Assembly (NCBI GenBank): GCA_050633245.1
Contig: JBOEGD010000004.1
Coordinates: 1-64,000, forward strand
Length of the DNA stretch: 64,000 nt
Source: Calditrichia bacterium
GTDB lineage: Bacteria > Calditrichota > Calditrichia > RBG-13-44-9 > J075
Reading direction: 5' to 3'
This document shows, in pieces, positions 9,414 to 18,084 of the stretch. Below the pieces are notes generated by a model. It worked only from the letters and a program-made list of their open reading frames with translations, made no database searches and was not told the DNA's origin. The translations under genes were made by a program, and so were the position numbers. Position 1 is the first letter of the stretch. Each line of letters opens with the position of its first letter.

Positions 9414-9558
9414 TCCTTCGAATATATCACAATAAAGGTTTTCTGACTAAAATGCCAGAAAATTGTTGCTCTTACTGTCGCCCGGGAACTGACAGTAGGG
9501 CAGGATACCGGTATCGCATTTCCCCACGTCCCCAGTTACAACGTGAAAGGAGATTGCG

Positions 9559-9816
9559 ATGAAGTGTGAACACAGAGGTTGCAGACGGACGCTTTTAATT
9601 GATTGTATGTCAGTGATGGAGGATGCGCCTGATGAACAGAATGGGCATACCGTGATGCCGACGGTGGTTGTGCGTTACTACTGTCTCTATCACAGTCAGC
9701 AATATGGCCATTGTTGGCACTGCGGATTTTATGCAGCGCATGAACCGAATTTTCGCTTGAGTTTATTGGGTTTATGTCGAGATTGTTTTGGCGAATTTGC
9801 ATCAGCGAGTGGCTAG
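9559..9816 (+). CDS. Small Cys/His-rich putative double zinc-finger protein (paralog B)
   Basis: AAAGGAG SD; CEHRGC...IDC...YYCLYH...HCWHCG...CRDC; aligns with 8476-8736. Confidence 0.8.
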   Translation: MKCEHRGCRRTLLIDCMSVMEDAPDEQNGHTVMPTVVVRYYCLYHSQQYGHCWHCGFYAAHEPNFRLSLLGLCRDCFGEFASASG

Positions 9817-9880
9817 TGTTGCATTGTTTGCTATATTTTCGAAATTGAGTAGAGCATTGTATTGAAAAAGAGAGGACCGC

Positions 9881-10429
9881 ATGACGGCATCTAAAACAGA
9901 TTTACCCGACCATACGCTAACGATTGAACCGACAGTAGCTGAGGATAGTTTTATTGCCCGTGGAGCGAGAGTGATGGGCGATGTAACGTTGGCTGCGGGT
10001 TCGTCTGTCTGGTATAACTGTGTTCTGAGAGGTGATATTAACAGCATTCATATCGGAGAGCGCAGTAATATTCAGGATGGCGTTGTTATTCACAATGAAA
10101 ACTTTCTGCCCTGTGTGGTTGGCAACGATGTTACGATAGGGCATGGTGCGATACTACATGGATGCCATATCGAGGATGGATGTTTGGTAGGGATGGGCGC
10201 GACAATCTTATCGGGCGCCGTGATAAAGCGCGGCAGTATAATTGGTGCCGGTGCACTGGTACGTGAGCGTGCAGTTATTGAGCCCGGAAGTTTAGTGGCG
10301 GGTGTTCCTGCAAAGCTTCTGCGTGAATTAACAGAAGACGCCTACGAGACGAATTTGAAGTGGTCGGCAAAGTATGTAAAGCTGGCCAGGTTGCATAGAC
10401 GAAAATACGGTATGGAATCGGTAATGTAA
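9881..10429 (+). CDS. Gamma carbonic anhydrase family protein (YrdA/CaiE-like hexapeptide repeat)
   Basis: LRGDINSIHIGERSNIQDG, H..TIGHGAILHGC, GVPAK. Confidence 0.92.
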   Translation: MTASKTDLPDHTLTIEPTVAEDSFIARGARVMGDVTLAAGSSVWYNCVLRGDINSIHIGERSNIQDGVVIHNENFLPCVVGNDVTIGHGAILHGCHIEDGCLVGMGATILSGAVIKRGSIIGAGALVRERAVIEPGSLVAGVPAKLLRELTEDAYETNLKWSAKYVKLARLHRRKYGMESVM

Positions 10430-10458
10430 TAAAAGGAGTCTTTACTGAGAAAAGATTC

Positions 10459-10474
10459 AGGCACACGGTTTGCA
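10459..10474 (+). promoter_or_regulatory. Putative sigma54 (-24/-12) promoter
   Basis: AGGCACACGGTTTGCA: GG-N10-GC with GGCAC and TTGC, intergenic upstream of the FG-GAP gene. Confidence 0.5.
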
Positions 10475-10626
10475 TTTGTAGGGATTGATTTGTAGAGCTT
10501 CATCCTAAAAGCGCGTATTTTAGCACTTAGCGCCTTTGAGAAGGACATCTTCAGGCTAGACTGAAAATAAAAATGTATAAACTCTACACAATTTCAGACA
10601 CCTATTTCAGAATGGGGAACTTACGA

Positions 10627-12120
10627 ATGCGACAATTTTTACGGATGGTGTGGATCTTTTTAGTACCGGGTATGCTGTTTGCCCAATTGGCAGAAAATAA
10701 AATAGTAACCAGCGATGCGACAAATTCAGATGAGTTTGGAATTACACTCGCTGTCGATGGAGACATTGCCGTTGTGGGCGCGCATCGCGACCGTCCAAGC
10801 GGAAGTTATTCTGGCTCAGCTTATATCCTAACGCGTAGCGCGGGAGGTTGGACCGAACAACAAAAGTTGCTTGCAAGCGATACCGATTCTTACAAGCGCT
10901 TTGGTAACGCGGTTGATATATCCGGATCACATATTGTTGTTGGAGCTATGGGCGACGATCATTCCGGACCGGCTACCGGTTCAGCATACATCTTTCGTAA
11001 TGAGGGTGGAAGCTGGCAGGAACAGACAAAGCTGCTGGAATCGTCTGCCGAGCGGGACGATGAATTCGCAACGGCTGTCTCCATCGACGGCGAGTATGTT
11101 CTTATTGGCGTACCCGGTGATGACGATGAAACGGGCTCTGCCTACATCTATACGGGAAGCGGAGCAAACTGGAATGAACAGCAAATCCTGACAGACGGTA
11201 ACGGTCAACAGGATGACAAATTTGGTTACGCCGTTGCTCTTCAGGGAAACCTGGCTGTCATTGGTTCCCCGGGTGACAAATCTGTCTTTGTTTTCGAGCG
11301 TAGTGGAAGCAGCTGGAGTCAACTTCAGCGTATTTCTCCAGCAGGGGTTGTCGGGAGCGATGAATTCGGCGAAGCCGTTGCCATATCCGGAGACTATATT
11401 GTTGTTGGTGCTGCCAGCGATAGTGAGTCTGCCAGTGAAGCAGGAGCGGTATATGTGTTTAAACGCGGTGGAAATAGCTGGAGTCAGACAGCAAAAATTC
11501 GCCCGGCCGACGCAGCTGCGGAAGATAACTTCGGTATTTCAGTGTCCATAGAAAATGATGTATTGGCAGTCGGTGCACGGTACAATGATGAATCTGTCGC
11601 AGACGGAGGTGCCGCATACATATTCACCCGCGCCGGTGAAAACTGGACTGAAATTAATAAAGTCATGGCGTCTGATGCCGGCGAAGATGACCGTTTTGGA
11701 AACTCGATCGATATTCAAGGCGATGTGCTTCTGGTTGGTGCTTATAAAGACGATCAGCCAGGCTCGCAGGATACCGGTTCTGTATATGCCTTTAGCGGAT
11801 TTGGAACGACTGGAATCGGTGATGAAGACCTTTCCGGAATTGCAACCTTTCGGCTCGATCAAAATTACCCTAATCCGTTTAATCCCAGCACTCAGATTAC
11901 CTATCAGGTTGCCACTGCAAGTGAAGTGCGATTGACAGTTTATAACTTGCTTGGGCAATCGGTTCGCACGCTTGTGAATGGTTCAAGCGCGGCTGGTAGT
12001 TATTCGGTTAGCTGGAATGGCGTAAACGATTTGGGCTTTAAGGTGCCTAGTGGTGTATATCTCTATCGCCTGGAAGCAGGAGAATTTGTTGAAACAAGAC
12101 GAATGATTTATCTGCAATAA
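10627..12120 (+). CDS. Secreted FG-GAP repeat (integrin-like beta-propeller) protein with C-terminal sorting domain
   Basis: About 7 repeats of D.FG..V.I.G....VGA......G.AY.F; signal peptide; NYPNPFNP/FlgD-like CTD. Track start 10573. Confidence 0.9.
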   Translation: MRQFLRMVWIFLVPGMLFAQLAENKIVTSDATNSDEFGITLAVDGDIAVVGAHRDRPSGSYSGSAYILTRSAGGWTEQQKLLASDTDSYKRFGNAVDISGSHIVVGAMGDDHSGPATGSAYIFRNEGGSWQEQTKLLESSAERDDEFATAVSIDGEYVLIGVPGDDDETGSAYIYTGSGANWNEQQILTDGNGQQDDKFGYAVALQGNLAVIGSPGDKSVFVFERSGSSWSQLQRISPAGVVGSDEFGEAVAISGDYIVVGAASDSESASEAGAVYVFKRGGNSWSQTAKIRPADAAAEDNFGISVSIENDVLAVGARYNDESVADGGAAYIFTRAGENWTEINKVMASDAGEDDRFGNSIDIQGDVLLVGAYKDDQPGSQDTGSVYAFSGFGTTGIGDEDLSGIATFRLDQNYPNPFNPSTQITYQVATASEVRLTVYNLLGQSVRTLVNGSSAAGSYSVSWNGVNDLGFKVPSGVYLYRLEAGEFVETRRMIYLQ

Positions 12121-12264
12121 TACGGAATCAAAGTAAGGTTGGACTGTATTTCGATACAATTCAGCCTTTATCCAGGCATAAATCCGTAAATTTATGATCT
12201 GTATCAACATTTTGAGATAATTATACTGCATATTGAAATATCATCAGATTCTGGATTCATTTTT

Positions 12265-12981
12265 ATGCAATGTGTTCGCACCCTTTTTTTTATTTTGACA
12301 GTTTGTGTCACCTCTCTATTTTCTCAGGAATTCCCGAAAATATTGCGTTCTCCTATACCTGCATCGGCCCGTTTTGATATCGGGGCTTGTCTGGGACAGG
12401 ATTTTGCTGCCTTCTATCCGGTCGGATGGTCCGAAAAAGGCCGTTTCGCATGGATTATGCGTGAAGAGGGTAGCACAGCCAATTCCTATAAATTCAGCTA
12501 TTTTGTGCAAGATTTGGTTAGCGGTGAAATGTTGTGGAAAAAGAGCAATATTTTATCCCTTGCGGAAATGCAGGATAATATTGAAGATTCAACTACTGCT
12601 TCATTTCAAAAACAGCTGAGTGCATATGGTATTGTTCAAGCCAGTGATGAGGTGCGTGTTAAAAAGTTTCCATTGCCTTTTGGAGCAGATACGTTGAATG
12701 TTCAGCTGGACAAATTGAATGGCATGTATCAAAATAAAGAAGTTTTAAGAGAAATATCCCTAGATCTGATCTCTAAGATAAGGGGAACAAAACGTGTCTT
12801 CTTTCGTCAGAATGACCCAAACTCCCCGGCAGTGCAGGATATTGCACTTTGTGCATCTTTACGCAGTCCTTATGAAGAACGACTAGCATTGATCCTTTGT
12901 AAGCGCTATCTTGGTTTTAACGATGTCTGTGTAGTTCGCTTTCAGGTCATCGGTGTTCACATGTCTGACGGCTGGAAATAA
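12265..12981 (+). CDS. Hypothetical secreted protein
   Basis: 238-aa ORF with a signal peptide; no family recognised. Confidence 0.7.
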   Translation: MQCVRTLFFILTVCVTSLFSQEFPKILRSPIPASARFDIGACLGQDFAAFYPVGWSEKGRFAWIMREEGSTANSYKFSYFVQDLVSGEMLWKKSNILSLAEMQDNIEDSTTASFQKQLSAYGIVQASDEVRVKKFPLPFGADTLNVQLDKLNGMYQNKEVLREISLDLISKIRGTKRVFFRQNDPNSPAVQDIALCASLRSPYEERLALILCKRYLGFNDVCVVRFQVIGVHMSDGWK

Positions 12982-13120
12982 TGAATATACCTAAAACAAG
13001 CTGGCTCCGAATGGATTCAGCATCTCGATACATTTATATGAATGCGGCAGCTATACTGGGGAATGGTTCTTCACTGTAGTTTAGTCGATTTTGTTTCTCA
13101 ATTTTCAAGGAGTAGTGGTA

Positions 13121-13333
13121 ATGGAAGATCGTGTAACTGGCACTGTTAAGTGGTTTAATGCAACCAAAGGTTTTGGATTTATTTCTTATGATGGAGGCGA
13201 TGACGTTTTTGTGCATTATTCCTCGATCCGTGACTCTGGAGGCTTTCGCTCTCTGGAAGAAGACCAAAAGGTGGAGTTTACAATCACCGAAGGTAAAAAA
13301 GGTCCGCAAGCTCAGGATGTAGTGCCGATCTAA
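13121..13333 (+). CDS. cspA: Cold-shock protein (CspA family)
   Basis: [30 protein letters not shown]; AAGGAG SD. Confidence 0.95.
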   Translation: MEDRVTGTVKWFNATKGFGFISYDGGDDVFVHYSSIRDSGGFRSLEEDQKVEFTITEGKKGPQAQDVVPI

Positions 13334-13339
13334 GTTCTT

Positions 13340-13378
13340 CCTTTAGAGGCGCAAATTTTTGCGCCTCTAAAGGCTTTT
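13340..13378. terminator. Strong hairpin, likely bidirectional terminator
   Basis: cctttagaggcgcaaa / tttgcgcctctaaagg between convergent genes. Confidence 0.8.
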
Positions 13379-13403
13379 GTATTCCATCTAGTCTCTCACC
13401 TGC

Positions 13404-13697
13404 TTAGTCCAATACATCTAACTGCATTTCCCCGGCAATTAGTGCTTTTTTATGCCGCACCGAAAGTTTTCGCACGCGATATTCCAATCGTAAGGCAGTG
13501 CTTTTGTCACCAACCTGCTGATAAAATACTAATTCTAATGGTGCTTTTCCTCTAAGATAGCGCGCCGATTTTTTTCCACCATCACAATGCTCCTGAAACC
13601 GCCGTTCAACATTTGTGGTAATTCCGGTATAGTGGCTTCCGTCTTTGCAGCGAATCAGATATAGAAACCAGTTTGCTGCCAACGAGCTGTTTCGCAT
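13404..13697 (-). CDS. Small GIY-YIG nuclease (UPF0213/YhbQ-like)
   Basis: WFLYLIRCKDGSHYTGITTNVERRFQEH..GK..ARYLRG..P; ALRLEYRVRKL. Track start 13736. Confidence 0.9.
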   Translation of the reverse strand: MRNSSLAANWFLYLIRCKDGSHYTGITTNVERRFQEHCDGGKKSARYLRGKAPLELVFYQQVGDKSTALRLEYRVRKLSVRHKKALIAGEMQLDVLD

Positions 13698-14285
13698 TGA
13701 CGATTCCTGCGTTGTTATCGCATAATTTATTAGCATTCAGTAAGATCCTAATATAAATTCTGCCATATCGTTTGGCACTCTTATTATTTTAAAGCAATAT
13801 TTTTTGCGTTTGATCCCATTTGTTGTTGTCGACAGTAACGATATTATCAGCATGGGGAGAGGCGCTTCACGTACGAAGCGGCTGGAGATTCAATTGTGAT
13901 GTTAAGTGAATTCTATTCCTTCCTTTATACTCCAAACCTTTTTGCCCTGAAAAAATCAAATATTCAGCTTATGAAAATCGAACGCATTACAATACTTGCT
14001 GGATTTAACGCTTTGCATTATTCGTCATCTCTCTAATAAAAATATAGACTGTATATAATCTGACCCGCTACTCTGCGTTGAGTTGCGAACTAATCCAATT
14101 AGCATTACAGACGCCATAGGCGAATTTTACGCTATTAATGCCTGCAAATAATGAGTGGGGGCCGTTCCAGAAAAGGAAGGTCGAGTGTTCATCCCTGACA
14201 AAAAATGCATCCCGGGACTCCAAAAAGCATCCTGCATCTTATATCAATTTTTTAGAATTACTCTTCGTAGAAGCAATATCGGGAA

Positions 14286-14317
14286 ACTGTGTCACAGTAT
14301 ATGGCACGTGTTAAGCT
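14286..14317 (+). promoter_or_regulatory. Palindrome ACTGTG-T-CACAGT next to a possible sigma54 promoter TGGCACGTGTTAAGC
   Basis: Perfect 6-bp inverted repeat at 14286-14298; GG-N10-GC at 14303-14316 with a non-canonical -12 (AAGC). Confidence 0.35.
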
Positions 14318-14434
14318 TTCAGTGACAGAGTTATTAAAAATATTCTTCCCTTCCAATATGAAATTAGATTTTTCTTTGGAGCATTTTGTATTATCTTACC
14401 TTTATTCAATTGGTCAATTTCCAGGAGTTCTGCT

Positions 14435-15601
14435 GTGCATCGTAGCATCTTACATCTTCTACATTTGTGTTTACTGGTTTCGGCCTCGACAGTCTTTGCC
14501 CAATCTTCAGAGACGCCTATTCGAATATTCGGCTACTTTCAGAATCAATTTGAGGCCCAATCTTCTATTGATGCCGAGCCCAAACATTCGAATAACTCGT
14601 TTATTCTTCAACAATTGAACTTATTCTTCCAAAAAGACCTTCACAAGGCGTGGTCGGCTTTTATCAGCGTTGAAATGCTTAATTCCTTTTCTGACTCGCG
14701 CAGAACCGGTGCAGTAAATCTGGATGAGGCTTGGGTAAAGTTTCGTTCCAGCAAGCATTTTAACCTCAAGCTGGGTTTGCAAATTCCAATTTTTAATAAC
14801 TTTAACGAGATTAAGAATAGAACACCGCTACTACCGTATATAATACGCCCGTTGGCTTATGAGACCTCTTTTAATGAAACTATTGACATAGAAGCATTTA
14901 TTCCCGGGCAGGCCTTTGCTCAGGCTTATGGTTTTAAACCGATTGGCTCTGCCAAGCTGGACTATGCCTTATATTTAGGAAATTCCCCTAACATCATTCA
15001 GAATAACGCCGTTCTGGCAGACCGCTCCGGTGCCGATAGCACCACCGCAATTTTAGTTGGCGGTCGATTAGGACTAAGGCTGGGGGAAGTGAAGTTGGGA
15101 AGTTCGGTTTCCTATGATCGCGTAAATGATTTTAAGGGATTAGAGGTTGTGTTTGGCGGTAATGCAGATCGCTTCGAACTGTTGCCACGAGTGCGATTTG
15201 GCTTAGACCTTTCTGCTAACTGGAAGAGCTTGGCTTTTGAATCTGAATTCGTTCAGGTACAGCATGATGACGACCTCGAGGATTTTAGTATCGACAAGCA
15301 GTTTCTCTACGCAACGGCAGGCTGTCGCTTTCTGGACGACAGGCTTTTTGCTTTTCTGAGTTACTGGCAGACGAACGAAGATCAACCATTTATCTTACAA
15401 CAAAATGGAATTAGCCTTGCAGTTGTTGATATCCAGGCACAGGTGCCAAATATTGGTTTCTCGTATAACTTGACAGACCTGATTAGACTGAAGGCGCACC
15501 ATGCGTTTGTAACTGTTGAGGGAAACCCTGTATTCACGGATCTTTTCCTTAAGCAAAGGTTTAACTATTTCACAGCAGCTGTTTCCGTTATTTTTAAGTA
15601 A
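14435..15601 (+). CDS. Outer-membrane beta-barrel (porin-like) protein
   Basis: Signal peptide; alternating amphipathic strands (LDEAWVKF, LKLGLQIPIF); aromatic C-terminal strand AAVSVIFK; CAGGAG SD before GTG. Confidence 0.75.
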   Translation: MHRSILHLLHLCLLVSASTVFAQSSETPIRIFGYFQNQFEAQSSIDAEPKHSNNSFILQQLNLFFQKDLHKAWSAFISVEMLNSFSDSRRTGAVNLDEAWVKFRSSKHFNLKLGLQIPIFNNFNEIKNRTPLLPYIIRPLAYETSFNETIDIEAFIPGQAFAQAYGFKPIGSAKLDYALYLGNSPNIIQNNAVLADRSGADSTTAILVGGRLGLRLGEVKLGSSVSYDRVNDFKGLEVVFGGNADRFELLPRVRFGLDLSANWKSLAFESEFVQVQHDDDLEDFSIDKQFLYATAGCRFLDDRLFAFLSYWQTNEDQPFILQQNGISLAVVDIQAQVPNIGFSYNLTDLIRLKAHHAFVTVEGNPVFTDLFLKQRFNYFTAAVSVIFK

Positions 15602-15607
15602 AAAACT

Positions 15608-16081
15608 ATGATGAAAACCGATACGAACAGACTAAAATATTTTACCGTTTTCTTAGCGCGTCCGATTTTGTCCGCACTATTCTTTCTCTTAGTGCTGTTT
15701 GCATACAGTGCGAATGCACAGGTTGCGGTTATTGCCCATCCTTCCGTTCCCGACGAGGGGCTGGATGAAGGAGTATTGCTAGACTTTTATTCCGGCGATA
15801 TTCAGGAATGGAGCAATGGCGATAAAATTGTTGTTTACGATTTAAAAGACCCGAAAAAATTAAAAGATATCTTCTACAAGTTTCTGGGTAAATCTTCGTC
15901 GAGAATGAAGTCGATTTGGATGAAAAAAATGTTGGCCGGCGAGAGCGTTCCACCTGAATCGCTGGATGATGAAGAAAAAATGCTGAAAATGGTTGCCGAG
16001 ACACCAGGGGCTATTGGATTTATAAGCGCAGAAAAGGTAAAAGATACCGTTAAGTTAGTTGCTACTATTGATGGCGGCTAA
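15608..16081 (+). CDS. Small periplasmic PBP-like protein (about half the size of PstS)
   Basis: Signal peptide; VAVIAHPS..L.....L.DFYSG....W.NG; VAETPGAIGFI. Confidence 0.75.
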   Translation: MMKTDTNRLKYFTVFLARPILSALFFLLVLFAYSANAQVAVIAHPSVPDEGLDEGVLLDFYSGDIQEWSNGDKIVVYDLKDPKKLKDIFYKFLGKSSSRMKSIWMKKMLAGESVPPESLDDEEKMLKMVAETPGAIGFISAEKVKDTVKLVATIDGG

Positions 16082-16127
16082 TAAGTTTTCTCTGTAACCG
16101 CGGAACAAGTAGATCGTAAACCCCACC

Positions 16128-17822
16128 ATGAACTTAAAAGACTTTAACCTTGCCAGTAAACAGATGATCGGCTTTGGAGCTATCCTGCTGATTATGACGA
16201 TAATGAACGGCGTGACCCTTAATCGCTTTCGAATGGTTAAAGAAGACCTGCGCTCAATTAGTACAGACTGGATGCAGCGGGTAGTGGCAGTTTCCGACAT
16301 TAATTTGGCGATGGCTGACCTGCGAAACAATCAGCTTCAGTGGGCCTATGCCGGCAACGAGGAAGAAAAAAAGCAGATTGCCAATGTGATGATAACGTTG
16401 ATCGACAGTATTAACGTTAATTTGGACATCTATAATGAACTAAAAAATACCGGTGAACTCGATAACGAGTTTGCCGCTCGCGAAACCACAATTTATAATG
16501 GGTTCGATGAAGGTTGGGATCAGTATCAGACTGCCAGCCTCAGCTTCTTCCAACTTATAAATAGCAATGAGAATAACCGAGCTGTCGAGCTTCTCAAAAC
16601 CGAAGCCCAGAAAGCATACGCATCGGTGTCTGTTAGTCTGGCAAGCCTCGAAGAGATTAACAGACAGCAGACGCTTCTAGCCTCGGAGCGCGCCGAGAAC
16701 TCGTTCAACCGTACTCGCACCGGAACCATCATTCTCCTAATCTTTACGATTATTACATCACTGGGACTTTCCGGTGGACTGATTCGCTGGGTGACGGTGC
16801 CTCTGCAAAAACTGGATCTTGCTGCGCAGGATATTGCCCGCGGAAATCTGGATGTACATTTAAAAATTCCCAGCAAAGATGAAATTGGTAGTTTATCTGT
16901 CTCCTTCAACAAAATGGCACAGTCGCTGAGAAATACAACTGAAAAACTGGAACAGAAAAACCTCGATCTGGAAAAAACGTCTGCGTCTCTTGCCAAGCAG
17001 AAAGCTGAAATCGAAAGTAAAAACACCGAATTGGAAGATGCGCTTCTACAGCTGAATAAAACTCAACAGCAGTTACTAATGAAGGAAAAGATGGCCTCTC
17101 TTGGTGACCTTGTCGCTGGCGTAGCACATGAAATTAATACGCCGGTCGGCAGTGTAACCAGCGCAGCAGATGTGTTGATTCGCTGTCTCAACAAGATCGA
17201 GAAAGAACTGGAAGCCAATCCGGATGCCGCTGCCAACGCAAAGCTGAATAACCTGTTGAGCATGCTCCGCGACAATATTCACGTTACCACTTCTGCAAGT
17301 GAACGTATAACCAATATTGTAAAAAGCCTGAAAAACTTTGCCCGCCTGGATGAAGCGGCATACCAGGATGTAGACTTACACGAAGGTCTTGAAAGTAGCT
17401 TAACACTTTTGGGAAGCGATATGCTTAAGGGCATCGAGCTAAATAGGCAGTATGGAGGAATCCCAAAATACTATTGCAATCCCGGACAGTTAAATCAGGC
17501 CTTTATGAACTTGCTGCGTAATGCCTGTGAAGCTGTTGAAAAGCAGCAGGGAACCATAACAATCAGCACCAACCTTTTGCCATCAGACAATGGTGAACCC
17601 GCTACCATCTGCATTAAGATTGCCGATAATGGCAGAGGCATTGAAAAAGAAAGACAAAATCGCCTTTTCGATTTTAACTTTTCCGCAGGACAGGGGAGAA
17701 TGAAAATGGGCTCTGGCCTGGTAAGTGCCAACAGCATCGTTCAGGAACACAATGGCGAAATTAAGGTCGAGTCGATGCTGGGTAAGGGAACAACGATGTC
17801 TATTCTGTTGCCGATTCGCTAA
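16128..17822 (+). CDS. Membrane sensor histidine kinase (MCP-type four-helix-bundle sensor, HAMP, HisKA, HATPase)
   Basis: 2 TM around a helical periplasmic domain; HAMP (DEIGSLSVSFNKM); EKMASLGDLVAGVAHEINTP; NQAFMNLLRNA; DNGRGI. Confidence 0.9.
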   Translation: MNLKDFNLASKQMIGFGAILLIMTIMNGVTLNRFRMVKEDLRSISTDWMQRVVAVSDINLAMADLRNNQLQWAYAGNEEEKKQIANVMITLIDSINVNLDIYNELKNTGELDNEFAARETTIYNGFDEGWDQYQTASLSFFQLINSNENNRAVELLKTEAQKAYASVSVSLASLEEINRQQTLLASERAENSFNRTRTGTIILLIFTIITSLGLSGGLIRWVTVPLQKLDLAAQDIARGNLDVHLKIPSKDEIGSLSVSFNKMAQSLRNTTEKLEQKNLDLEKTSASLAKQKAEIESKNTELEDALLQLNKTQQQLLMKEKMASLGDLVAGVAHEINTPVGSVTSAADVLIRCLNKIEKELEANPDAAANAKLNNLLSMLRDNIHVTTSASERITNIVKSLKNFARLDEAAYQDVDLHEGLESSLTLLGSDMLKGIELNRQYGGIPKYYCNPGQLNQAFMNLLRNACEAVEKQQGTITISTNLLPSDNGEPATICIKIADNGRGIEKERQNRLFDFNFSAGQGRMKMGSGLVSANSIVQEHNGEIKVESMLGKGTTMSILLPIR

Positions 17823-18084
17823 GTCTGTTTTGTAGAGACCGGATTAGAAAAACCGAACCGAAAAATGTAATCATGGACATCCGCTGATTGTATAATCTCG
17901 GTATTGTTGTCCTGTTTGGAAGCAGGGTTATGTCGTTTTCCATAAGCCTTTTCAACATCGAAACACGGTTTAGATATGATGATTCTTGATGGATCCAATC
18001 TATCTGCCTGACGTTTTAAGTGCAGGGGAAAGCTCGATACGTGTGTGGAGAACACGTTAAAATGGGAATTAAGCGGAGTCGTTG

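Noticed and set aside
8476-9816. Prophage or ICE immunity region
   Set aside because: No integrase, Cro partner, replication or structural genes, and no att-like repeats were seen; kept only as a regulatory module.
13404-13697. GIY-YIG gene as a homing endonuclease or mobile element
   Set aside because: It is the short stand-alone UPF0213 type, with no intron, flanking repeats or DNA-binding extension.
14289-14618. 109-aa ORF overlapping the porin start
   Set aside because: It overlaps the porin gene out of frame, has no clear SD, and its composition looks like translated AT-rich promoter DNA.
15608-16081. Second pstS of a phosphate ABC transporter
   Set aside because: It is half the size of PstS, lacks the GSDT/GGGS phosphate-binding motifs, and has no permease next to it.
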